NCBI GenBank assembly: GCA_002269645.1
Contig: NIVC01001671.1
Location: forward strand, 188,969-252,968
Length of the DNA: 64,000 nucleotides
Source of the DNA: Macrostomum lignano
Lineage: Eukaryota
Reading direction: 5' to 3'
Below are positions 1 through 10,149 of this stretch, piece by piece. The notes beneath the pieces were generated by a model. The model searched no databases. It was not told where the DNA came from and saw only the letters and a list, made by a program, of their open reading frames with translations. The stretch's first letter is position 1; every line of letters begins with the position of its first letter. The translations under genes and the position numbers were made by a program.

Positions 1-3000
1 ATGTGGTCATAAATCACTACGGCAGCATGAACTACATCCCGCCTGGCATGTTCAAGTCCACCTGCAAAATTGACATCACCTGGTTTCCGTTCGATACTCA
101 GAAATGCGAGTTGAAGTTCGGCTCCTGGACTTATGATGGGGGCACCGTGGATTTGCGGTTCAAGTGCGACGACCCCAACCTGGACACGACCGAGAAAATC
201 CTGAAGGACCCGAAAAACTGTTCGGAGAAAGGGTCTGGCGACATATCGACTTATGTTGAGAGTGGCGAGTGGAACCTGGAAGGTATGCAAAACTTGATAA
301 GATTGTAATAGAGATTCACAATAGAGATTGTGAAAGATTGTAATAATCTATTGACAGCGAATGCTATTTCCCTTGATTAATTTGTAGTTTGATTGTACGC
401 TTTGATAATTTATTGATTTGTTATTTAATTCATTAATTGATTGATAGATCTGATTGATTGATTGATCTGTTTGATTGATTGATCTGATTGATTGATTGAT
501 CTGATTGATTGATTGATTTGATTGATTGATCTGATTGATTGATAGATCTGATTGATTGATTGATCTGATTGATTGATTGATCTGATTGATTGATTGATTT
601 GATTGATTGATTGATCTGATTGATTGATTGATCTGATTGATTGATAGATCTGATTGATTGATTTATTTGATTGATTGATCTGATTGATTGATAGATCTGA
701 TTGATTGATTGATCTGATTGATTGATTGATCTGATTGATTGATTGATCTGATTGATTGATTGATCTGATTGATTGATTGATCTGATTGATTGATTGATCT
801 GATTGATTGATTGATCTGATTGATTGATTGATTTGATTGATTGATTGATCTGATTGATTGATTGATCTGATTGATTGATAGATCTGATTGATTGATTGAT
901 TTGATTGATTGATTAATTGATTGATTGACCGACTGACTATTCATTGGTTGAATGAAATGTCACATTTACAATATTTTCTTAGTTCAACGATCTTTTATCA
1001 GACTTTAATATGGTTATAATCATTTAATTGAACTGCATATTCGGCAGTGAATAATCGGTAATTGGTTTAATCTCAAAGTGTTGAAATCTCAGAATCAGTT
1101 TTATTGCCGAAAAATCCAGGCATTTTTTAATGTTCGCCCAGCCAGAAAAATTTTTGACTCGTCCAACTTGCACGCAGGTTTACCGGGAGTGCGGACCAGC
1201 ATCCTATACGACTGCTGCCCCCTTCCATATATCGATCTGAAATTCTACCTGCTAATCCGCAGGCGCAAGCTTTATTACGTATTCAATTTAATTGGCCCCT
1301 GTTCGTTTCTGTCCTCGCTAGCCCTGCTCAGCTTCATCATACCGCCGGATGCTGGGGAAAAAGTCAGCTTCGGTAAAACAAAAATTTCGTTTTGAGGTCA
1401 CGTGGCATTGATTGATAGGTTAGCGATTCTTGGAAAGGACGGATGGCTGAAAAATATGGGAAAATCTTGGGTCTCCTGAATCTCAGGTCTCCTGAATCTC
1501 AGGTCTCCTGAATCTCAGGTCTCCTGAATCTCAGGTCTCCTGAATCTCAGGTCTCCTGAATCTCAGATCTCCTGAATCTCAGGTCTCCTGAATCTCAGGT
1601 CTCCTAAATCTCAGGTCTCCTGAATCTCAGGTCTCCTGAATCTCAGGTCTCCTGAATCTCAGGTCTCCTGAATCTCAGGTCTCCTGAATCTCAGGTCTCC
1701 TGAATCTCAGGTCTCCTGAATCTCAGGTCTCCTGAATCTCAGGTCTCCTGAATCTCAGGTCTCCTGAATCTCAGGTCTCCTGAATCTCAGGTCTCCTGAA
1801 TCTCAGGTCTCCTGAATCTCAGGTTATCGTTTAACCGTTGCTTAAAATTGACGACCAATTCTCGCACAAAATGCAACTTTAAGCGCCTAGCGTAAAAAGC
1901 ATTGCAAAGTTCATTTTGTACTTAATAAACCGGCAAACACGCTTAAAACCTTTAAGAGCACTCACTACATATTTTTAATTGAAAATGTGCGCTCGTAAAT
2001 AACGCGCAAAAATCAAAGCCGGAAAATGTTAACCTGTTTTGTCAGGCATGCCTGGCGTTAGAACGGCTCTTCTTTACGACTGCTGCCCGTTCCCGTTCAT
2101 CGATCTGAAGTACTGGATCAACATCCGCCGACGGACTTTGTACTATGGGTTTAATCTCATAATCCCCTGCGTGTTAATCTCCTCCATGGCGCTACTCACC
2201 TTCATGCTGCCACCGGATGCAGGAGAGAAGATATCGTTGGGTGAGTTTTTTGTTTAAATTTTTTGTTTATTGGTTTAAATTTATAACTTTCGGAATGATT
2301 TAGACATAGTTAAAGTTTATTTTTTTGAAGTTGTATGTAGAGAATGCAGGGAGAGTAAAGGGACATACAGGGAGATCAAAGCGAAATGCAGGGAGAGTGA
2401 AGGGAAATGCAGGGAGAGTGAAGGGAAATGCAGGGAGATCAAAGGGAAATGCAGGGAGATCAAAGGGAAATGAAGGGAGAGTGAAGGGAAATGCAGGGAG
2501 AGTGAAGGGAAATGCAGGGAGAGTGAAGGGGAATGCAGGGAGATCAAAGGGAAATGCAGGGAGATCAAAGGGAAATGCAGGGAGATCAAAGGGAAATGCA
2601 GGGAGATGAAAAGGAAATGCAGGGAAAGTCGAAAGGAATTGCATACCTATTTCAGAAAGAAGATCCAATAATGCGCAATGAATTCTTGAAAAATCACATT
2701 TTTCAGGTCAGGGCCACTCTATAAAAAAATTCGAGTTTTAAGTGCTTCTTCGATTTCTTATGCTAAGCACCTCGCAGAGCTATTAGAAAATTTCCATTTG
2801 CAAAAGAGCAGCAGCCATCTGTATTAAACTCGCAAACCGATTGGCGCAACATTTTCATACATGAACACGCAAAATATTGCTACACACTGATATTGCGCAA
2901 TCTATGGAATTTCACAATAAATTTACGATAAAAAACATTTAAATGCACACATACGCGCCCAGCCTACTGAATAAGAGTAGCACTGCAATAATCTCTAATT

Positions 3001-6000
3001 AAATAATTAATAATCCTAAATTGATTTAGGAAAAATTTATCTGTTAGACACACGAGTCTGACCTGTTATGTAACAAATCCATTTTGTTAGACAGATATGG
3101 AACATATTAGATAAATTATGTAAGTCTTTTAGACAGGGAAGGAACATGTTCGATAAATTATTTTAGTCTGTTAGACATTGAAGAAACATGTTAGATAAAT
3201 TAGTCTGTTAGACAGTGAAGGAACATGTTAGATAAATTAGTCTGTTAGACAGTGAAGGAACATGTTAGATAAATTATGTTAGTCTGTTAGACAGTGAAGG
3301 AACATGTTAGATAAATTATGTTAGTCTGTTAGACAGTGAAGGGACATGTTAGATAAATTATGTTAGTCTGTTAGACAGTGAAGGAACGTGTTAGATAAAT
3401 TATGTTAGTCTGTTAGACATTGAAGAAACATGTTAGATAAATTAGTCTGTTAGACAGTGAAGGAACATGTTAGATAAATTATGTTAGTTTGTTAGACAGT
3501 GAAGGAACATGTTAGATAAATTATGTTAGTCTGTTAGACAGTGAAGGAACATGTTAGATAAATTATGTTAGTCTGTTAGACAGTGAAGGGACATGTTAGA
3601 TAAATTATGTTAGTCTGTTAGACAGTGAAGGAACATGTTAGATAAATTATGTTAGTCTGTTAGACAGTGAAGGAACATGTTAGATAAATTATGTTAGTCT
3701 GTTAGACAGTGAAGGGACATGTTAGATAAATTATGTTAGTCTGTTAGACAGTGAAGGAACGTGTTAGATAAATTATGTTAGTCTGTTAGACATTGAAGAA
3801 ACATGTTAGATAAATTAGTCTGTTAGACAGTGAAGGGACATGTTAGATAAATTATGTTAGTTTGTTAGACAGTAAAGGAACATGTTAGATAAATTATGTT
3901 AGTCTGTTATACAGTAAAGGAACATGTTAGATAAATTATGTTAGTCTGTTAGACAGTGAAGGAACATGTTAGATAAATTATGTTAGTCTGTTAGACAGTA
4001 AAGGAACATGTTAGATAAATTATGTTAGTCTGTTAGACAGTGAAGGGACATGTTAGATAAATTATGTTAGTCTGTTAGACAGTGAAGGGACATGTTAGAT
4101 AAATTATGTTAGTCTGTTAGACAGTGAAGGAACATGTTAGATAAATTGATAGTCTGTTAGACAGAATTCGAACATTAGATGAATTCTGGTACAGCTGTTA
4201 GACAGAATTCGAACATTAGATGAATTCTGTTACAGCTGTTAGACTTGGTTCTAACACCTCATTATTAACAAGCAACTGATCGGTAAAATATGATTTATGA
4301 ATTTTACTTGGCGCAGGCGTCACCATCCTGCTCTCCCTGACCATGTTTTTGCTGCTTGTGGCTGACGCAATGCCGCAAACTTCGGAAGCGCTGCCGCTTA
4401 TTGGTGAGGGCGCTTTTTTCCTACTTTTAGTAGCATAATTCAGGTAATATGCTATTGAAAATTTGTTTCGTTTTGTGTACGTCGGTTTTTTGGCATGATT
4501 CTTAATAATTTTTGTGTGAATTCACTACGGTCTGTATAGATAGATTATACTAAAACTTTATTTTTGTTTACACAATTTCTCATTTTGGTCTGAAATTTTA
4601 GTTTGCGTCCGTCAGTCTGTCAGATTCTCAAACTAAAACTAAACAATAATTTCCAATCGACAAATTTAAAATGCCCATCCAAACTTTCCAAGAGACTTGC
4701 TTCAGAAAAAAGTAAAAATAAATTAATCAATAAGACTGTAATTATATTATTCTTACTAACAGTATTGATACAGTAGCTATAATATTATTTGATAATTTTA
4801 TTTAGGTGTCACAATTCTTCTATCGCTAACGGTATTTCTAATGATGGTTGCTGAGGCAATGCCGCCCACGTCAGACTCTGTGCCTGTGATAGGTGAGCTG
4901 CGAGATACTATACTTACTACTAAGTAGTAGGCGGGTAAAATTTACGATATCCACGCTTTTCGGTGCCCTATACATAATAAAAAAGTAATCTAATAACAGT
5001 ATAAAAACGCAATTAAGAAAATGAAATTTTTCTTTTCCTAATAAAAGCAGTATCGATTTTGTTAAACAGGTAAGTTTCTTTAATTTTGAAAAATCCGTTT
5101 GATAAAATTGAATTTGCTGTATCCTACATACAAGGCTGCACTTTAGCAGCTAAGAAGCCTTAAATTTGGTAAAGATGAAATCCATTAACAATGCTACAAT
5201 GTAGTTTTGATTGAAATTATGAAAAATGATAAATCTATTTTAGCATTGATTTCTCAAGAAATTTACTCCAGACAAAAATTTACCTAAAACGAGTTACCTT
5301 AAGTAAAGAAGTCCTGCAAAGCACTTAATTGTTAAACTATAGGATTTCGCTTTCTATTTCTGTGTCTAATTGTAATTTATGATAACAATGATTTTTCTAA
5401 TCAATTTTTGTTTTCCAATCAATTTTTTAAGTATTTTTTTCAGAAGTTGTAGAAATTTTTTCTGGTAAACTTTCAGGCATGTACTTTGCCTGCACCATGA
5501 TCATGTGCAGTCTATCAGTGGTGTTCACCGTGATTGTGCTCAACTACCATCACAGAGATGCCGAATCGCATCCAATTCCTAATTGGGTAAGAGTTTAAAG
5601 CGAATTTTGACTTCTTAAATACTATAGATTATCTAATGTTTTAGAGATAATCTCATGAGATGGATTCAGCGATAATCTCATGATATGAATTTAGCGATAA
5701 TCTCATGAGATGGATTCAGCAATAATCTCATGAGATGGATTTAGACATAATCTCCTGGGATGGATTCAGCGATAATCTCATGATATGAATTCAGATAATC
5801 TCATTCCAATAGATTTAGCGATAGCCTACAGAAGATTTCGACACAAACTAACAACTCCAAAACTCCCGTCGCCATGGCAACCAGGTGCGCCAGTTCATCT
5901 GCACCTACCTGGCCAGCATTCTTTGCATGCGCCGCATGCGCCGGGACACGGACTCGGAGCCGATCCGGATGAGGCGTCGCCGAACTCGCGGCGCCACCGG

Positions 6001-7062
6001 CGGAGGCAAACTGGGCACTTTCCGGGCCAGCGCATCCGCCGGCTCCGGCTTCGGCACAGAGCACCACAGGGAGCTGCTGGCGGATCACCACCAGCAGCAG
6101 GGAGGTGAGGGCGGAGATCGGATCGGAGAGGCGGAATAATCTCATGATAATCAGAGATATTCTCACCATACGAGTCGACACATTCTCACCATAAGAATAA
6201 TGAATAATCTCATCTAAACAAAGGATAATCTCACCATAGGAATTAGGGATAATCTCACCATAAGAAAAGCGAATTATCATACCATAAGAGTCTGGGATAA
6301 TGTATGATTAAGGATAGTCTCATCATAGAGATCATTGATAATCTTACCATAAGAATCAAAGATAATCTCACAAGAATCAGGGAAAATCTCACCAGAAGAA
6401 TCAGAGATAATCTCACCATAAGAATCGAGGATAATCTCACTACACGAATCAAGGATAATCTCATTAAAAAATCGAGGATAATCTCATAATAAGGATCTGG
6501 GATAATCTCACCATAAGAATCGAGCAGAATATCATCAAAAGAACCAAAGATAATATCACCATAAAAATCAATGATAATCTCACTATAAGAATCGAGGATA
6601 ATCTCACCATGAGAGTCGAGGATAATCTCACCATGAGAGTCGAGGATAATCTCACCATGAGAGTCGAGGATAATCTCATGCTGCCACGCCTCCCCAGGGC
6701 CAGCCTCGATGGAGCTGCGCGAACGCTCTTCAAAGTCGCTGCTGGCGAACGTGCTGGACCTGGAGGACAATTTTCGAGCATCCGCTGCCCAGGCCGCTGC
6801 GTCGAGGGCGCCACCGGTGTACGATGAGGTTCAGCAGCAGCAGCCGCCCTGCAGCGTGCGTTCCGAGCTCGCCGCCATCGTTCACGAACTTCGAATCGTC
6901 ACGCAGAAAATCTCCGATGATGTGGCGGACGGAGAAGTCAGCAGCGAGTGGAAATTCGCGGCCAGAGTGGTGGACAGACTCTGCCTCATCCTGTTCTCCT
7001 GCTTCACCATCATCTCGACATGCGCGATTCTGTTCTCTGCTCCGGATGTGTTTAAGGGATAA
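1..7062 (+). CDS. Nicotinic acetylcholine receptor alpha subunit, alpha7-like (5' part outside window). Exons: <1-282, [1178-1372 or 2046-2240], [4317-4403 or 4806-4892], 5477-5586, 5885-6104, 6698-7062
   Basis: Cys-loop [15 protein letters not shown], loop B WTY, loop C vicinal YDCC, GEK-M2, M3 [56 protein letters not shown]4, TAA 7060-7062. All junctions GT-AG with matching phases. Exon sizes 195/87/110 nt equal those I recall for CHRNA7 exons 7/8/9. Confidence 0.97.
437..935. repeat. (GATT)n microsatellite with GATCT variants in nAChR intron
   Basis: Direct reading; boundaries approximate. Confidence 0.95.
1178..1372 (+). CDS. nAChR alternative exon '7a' (loop C + M1 + M1-M2 linker), 195 nt, phase 1-1
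   Basis: cacgcag|GT...TTCG|gtaaaa; encodes [65 protein letters not shown]. Confidence 0.9.
1471..1823. repeat. 16-bp minisatellite AATCTCAGGTCTCCTG between exons 7a and 7b
   Basis: About 22 near-perfect copies. Confidence 0.95.
2046..2240 (+). CDS. nAChR alternative exon '7b' (loop C + M1 + M1-M2 linker), 195 nt, phase 1-1
   Basis: ttttgtcag|GC...TTGG|gtgagt; encodes [65 protein letters not shown]. Confidence 0.95.
2335..2620. repeat. 21-bp purine-rich minisatellite GGGAAATGCAGGGAGATCAAA
   Basis: Direct reading. Confidence 0.9.
3040..4250. repeat. 42-bp minisatellite AGTCTGTTAGACAGTGAAGGAACATGTTAGATAAATTATGTT between exons 7b and 8a
   Basis: Period 42 (e.g. 3241 to 3283); degenerate at both ends. 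Confidence 0.95.
4317..4403 (+). CDS. nAChR alternative exon '8a' (pore helix M2 + M2-M3 loop), 87 nt, phase 1-1
   Basis: gcgcag|GC...ATTG|gtgagg; encodes [29 protein letters not shown]. Missed by the ORF track because it is short. Confidence 0.9.
4806..4892 (+). CDS. nAChR alternative exon '8b' (pore helix M2 + M2-M3 loop), 87 nt, phase 1-1
   Basis: tttatttag|GT...ATAG|gtgagc; encodes [29 protein letters not shown]. Confidence 0.92.
5640..6680. repeat. Two related GATAATCTCA-core minisatellites (about 5640-5815, ~25 bp; about 6135-6680, ~22 bp) flanking exon 5885-6104
   Basis: Direct reading. Confidence 0.88.
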
Positions 7063-7069
7063 ATAAATT

Positions 7070-7570
7070 GATCCCCAATCTGACTCACCTAGTTCCCCAA
7101 TCTGATTCTCCCAGATCCCCAATCTGATTCTCCCAGATCCCCAATCTGATTCTCCCAGATCCCCAATCTGATTCTCCCAGATCCCCAATCTGATTCTCTC
7201 AGATCCCCAATCTGATTCCCTCGGATCCCCAATCTGATTCTCCGTGATACCCAATCTGATTCCCTCAGATCCCCAATCTGATTCTCCCAGATCCCCAATC
7301 TAATTCTCCCAGATCCCCAATCTGATTCCCTCAGATCCCCAATCCAATTCCCCAGCTCCCCAATCTGATTCCCTCAGATCCCCAATCTGATTCTCCCAGA
7401 TCCCCAATCTGATTCTCCCAGATCCCCAATCTGATTCTCTCAGATCCCCAATCTAATTCTCCCAGATCCCCAATCTGATTCCCCCAGCTCCCTAATCTAA
7501 TTCCCTCGGATCCCCAATCTGATCTTCCCAGATCCTCAATCTGATTCTCCCAGATCCCCAATTGATTTTC
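7070..7570. repeat. 22-bp minisatellite CCCAATCTGATTCTCCCAGATC starting just after the nAChR stop
   Basis: Direct reading. Confidence 0.92.
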
Positions 7571-8084
7571 CCATAATTACGATAAAGTATTTTTTGTAAC
7601 ACATCGAATATAATTTCAGCTTGTTTCTGAAATAGTTATTGAACAGTAAGAATTTAATATTTAGTATTTACAGGTAGAAAACGTCTTGCTGAGGTAATAT
7701 TCAGCGCTAGTATACAATACAATCTATGGAATTCTATATTAAATCTATACAGTAAGACCACCCTTTAAGTTGCTATATATTAATAATAAGGTGTCATAGC
7801 CCATTTCCTATTGTGTAGCCTAATTAGTAGTATTACGTTTTTTAGTATTAAATTACAGATTCTGAAGAAGCCGTTCTTCAACTTCTTTGGACATTCTGAT
7901 GTGTACGTTGCATCATACATTTCTCATGCGTGCATGCTATTAAATCTCTGTGTGCATACTTTGGCTCGGAAACCAAATACAAATCGTAAAAGTTGAGCTT
8001 GTACGAAACTGTCACGTGACTTTTTGTGGCGTCATAAGCACAATGAATTGTCAGAGTGAGGTTTTATATTTTCAACATTTCATT

Positions 8085-8585
8085 TCTTCGACACTTCATA
8101 TCTCCGACACTTCATATCTCCGACACTTCATATCTCCGACACTTCATATCTCCGACACTTCATACCTTCGACATCTCATATCTCCGAGACTTCATATCTT
8201 CGACGTTTCAGCACTCCGACACTTCATATCTCTGACACTTCATATCTCCGACACTTCATACCTTCGACATCTCATATCTCCGAGACTTCATATCTCCGAC
8301 ATTTCATATCTCCGACACTTCATTTCTCCGACACTTCATATCTCCGACACTTCATATCTCCGACATTTCATATCTCCGACACTTCATTTCTCCGACACTT
8401 CATACCACGGACAATTCATATCTCCGACTCTTCATATCTCAGACACTTCATATCACCGACAATTCATATCTCCGACTCTTTATTTCTCTGACACTTCATA
8501 TTTCCGACACTTCATATCTCCGACACTTCATATTTCCGACACTTCATTTCTCCGAAATTTAAAATCTCCTACATCTCATATCTCA
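8085..8585. repeat. 16-bp minisatellite CACTTCATATCTCCGA
   Basis: Direct reading. Confidence 0.92.
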
Positions 8586-8919
8586 AACATTGCACACATT
8601 TAAACACAGGGGAATGTGCTATATAAAAAATACGCCACTGACAGAACAATTTGGCCGGAGTATCTCAGGTGCTTGAAAATGCAACACAATTGCTCTCTTT
8701 TCGTAGACTGGCATGCTTGCACAAGCAGAAGTGTGGTATTATAAAGCCGAGACCCAGCGCTAATATAGCTGTTCATTTTTCATAAGCTCTCACGGGCTTA
8801 TAAAAGCCTGGAAAATCTCACAGCGAAGCGGAGCAGTGCAGAATCATACTCGACAAGGCTGAGCGAGAGAGAAGCAACTCGCAAAAGAAGACAATATTTT
8901 CCAAGCAACCGCAACTAAA

Positions 8920-10017
8920 ATGAGCAAACAGCTGCAGACCCCAATCCCAGACTTTTCCACCTGTCTGGCATGGGTTAAGTTGGTCTCCGCAGGATTTCCA
9001 GGCTCGGGTAAAACCTCCCTAATCAAGCACTTCTGCGACAGCCGGTTTTCGGCAGGCTACCAGCCAACAGTTGGAGCGGACTACGGCTTCAAGGTGTTCA
9101 GGGTGGATGGCTTCGATCTGAGGGTGAACATGTGGGATCTGTCCGGTTATCCCGAGTACCTGGAGGTGAGAAATGAGCTCTACTCCGGTTGCGACGGAGT
9201 GCTGCTGACCATTGATCTCACGGAAGCAAAATCTGTAGCTAATATTGACGCTTGGATGAGAGAGATCGCTCAGTGCTGCCTTGGGAGTCCTGGGCAGCAG
9301 CAGCAGCAGAGCTCGATGCCAGATATTGTGCTTCTGGCTAATAAGGCAGATCTCAAGGATAAGAGACAGGTAATAAATCACTGCTGTTCTTATACTCGTA
9401 ACTGGCAAAATCAATAATATTCAGACATGACAAGAGTGAATCTCAAACCTAACAATTATGAGTGAATCTCAGATCTCACAAGAGTGAATCTCAGATCTCA
9501 CAAGAGTGAATCTCAGATCTCACAAGAGTGAATCTCAGATCTCACAAGAGTGAATCTCAGATCTCACAAGAGTGAATCTCAGATCTCACAAGAGTGAATC
9601 TCAGATCTCACAAGAGTGAATCTCAGATCTCACAAGAGTGAATATCAGATCTCACAAGACTGAATCTCGGATCTCAAAAGAGTGAATCTCAGACCTCACA
9701 AGAGTGAATCTCAAACCTGACAATCAAGAGTGAATCTCAGACCTCACAAGTCACAAGAGTGAATCCTCAGACCTCACAATAGTGAATCTCAGACCTGACA
9801 ATTAAGAGTGAATCTCAGACCTCAAGAGTAAATTTGAACGCACACACAGGTGACCCCTGCAGACGCAGCCAAAGCAGCAGCCAAGCACAAGCTGCATCTA
9901 TACGAGACCTCGGCCGCCACAGGCGAAGGCGTTGACAAGGCGTTCCGCGACCTTCTCCAACGAATTGTGCAACGAAATCGGGCGGCATGGGCGGCTCGCG
10001 GAGTGAAAATGGAGTGA
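8920..10017 (+). CDS. Rab-like small GTPase, RJL family (DNAJC27/Rbj-like GTPase domain without J domain), ~205 aa. Exons 8920-9369, 9850-10017
   Basis: G1 GFPGSGKT, G2 YQPTVG, G3 WDLSG, RJL-type YLEVRNELY, G4 NKAD, G5 ETSA in exon 2. CAG|gtaata and acacag|GTG in phase 0. TGA 10015-10017, no CAAX. Family assignment from remembered DNAJC27 sequence. Confidence 0.8.
9430..9830. repeat. 22-bp minisatellite AGAGTGAATCTCAGATCTCACA in the GTPase intron
   Basis: Direct reading. Confidence 0.92.
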
Positions 10018-10149
10018 ATATAAGAAAGGACATTTAGTACTTTTGCCTACAACTTTTTGCGGTAATATCAGCTACATGTATATAAACATGAATAACTGAA
10101 CACTTTTAATAATGAACGGCTAACTTCTTATGAATTTGGAAACAAGTGG

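Noticed and set aside
1178-4892. Duplicated nAChR exons as an assembly or haplotype artefact, or a tandem gene copy
   Set aside because: About 30% amino-acid divergence, unrelated flanking introns, and 7a-7b-8a-8b order are incompatible with either.
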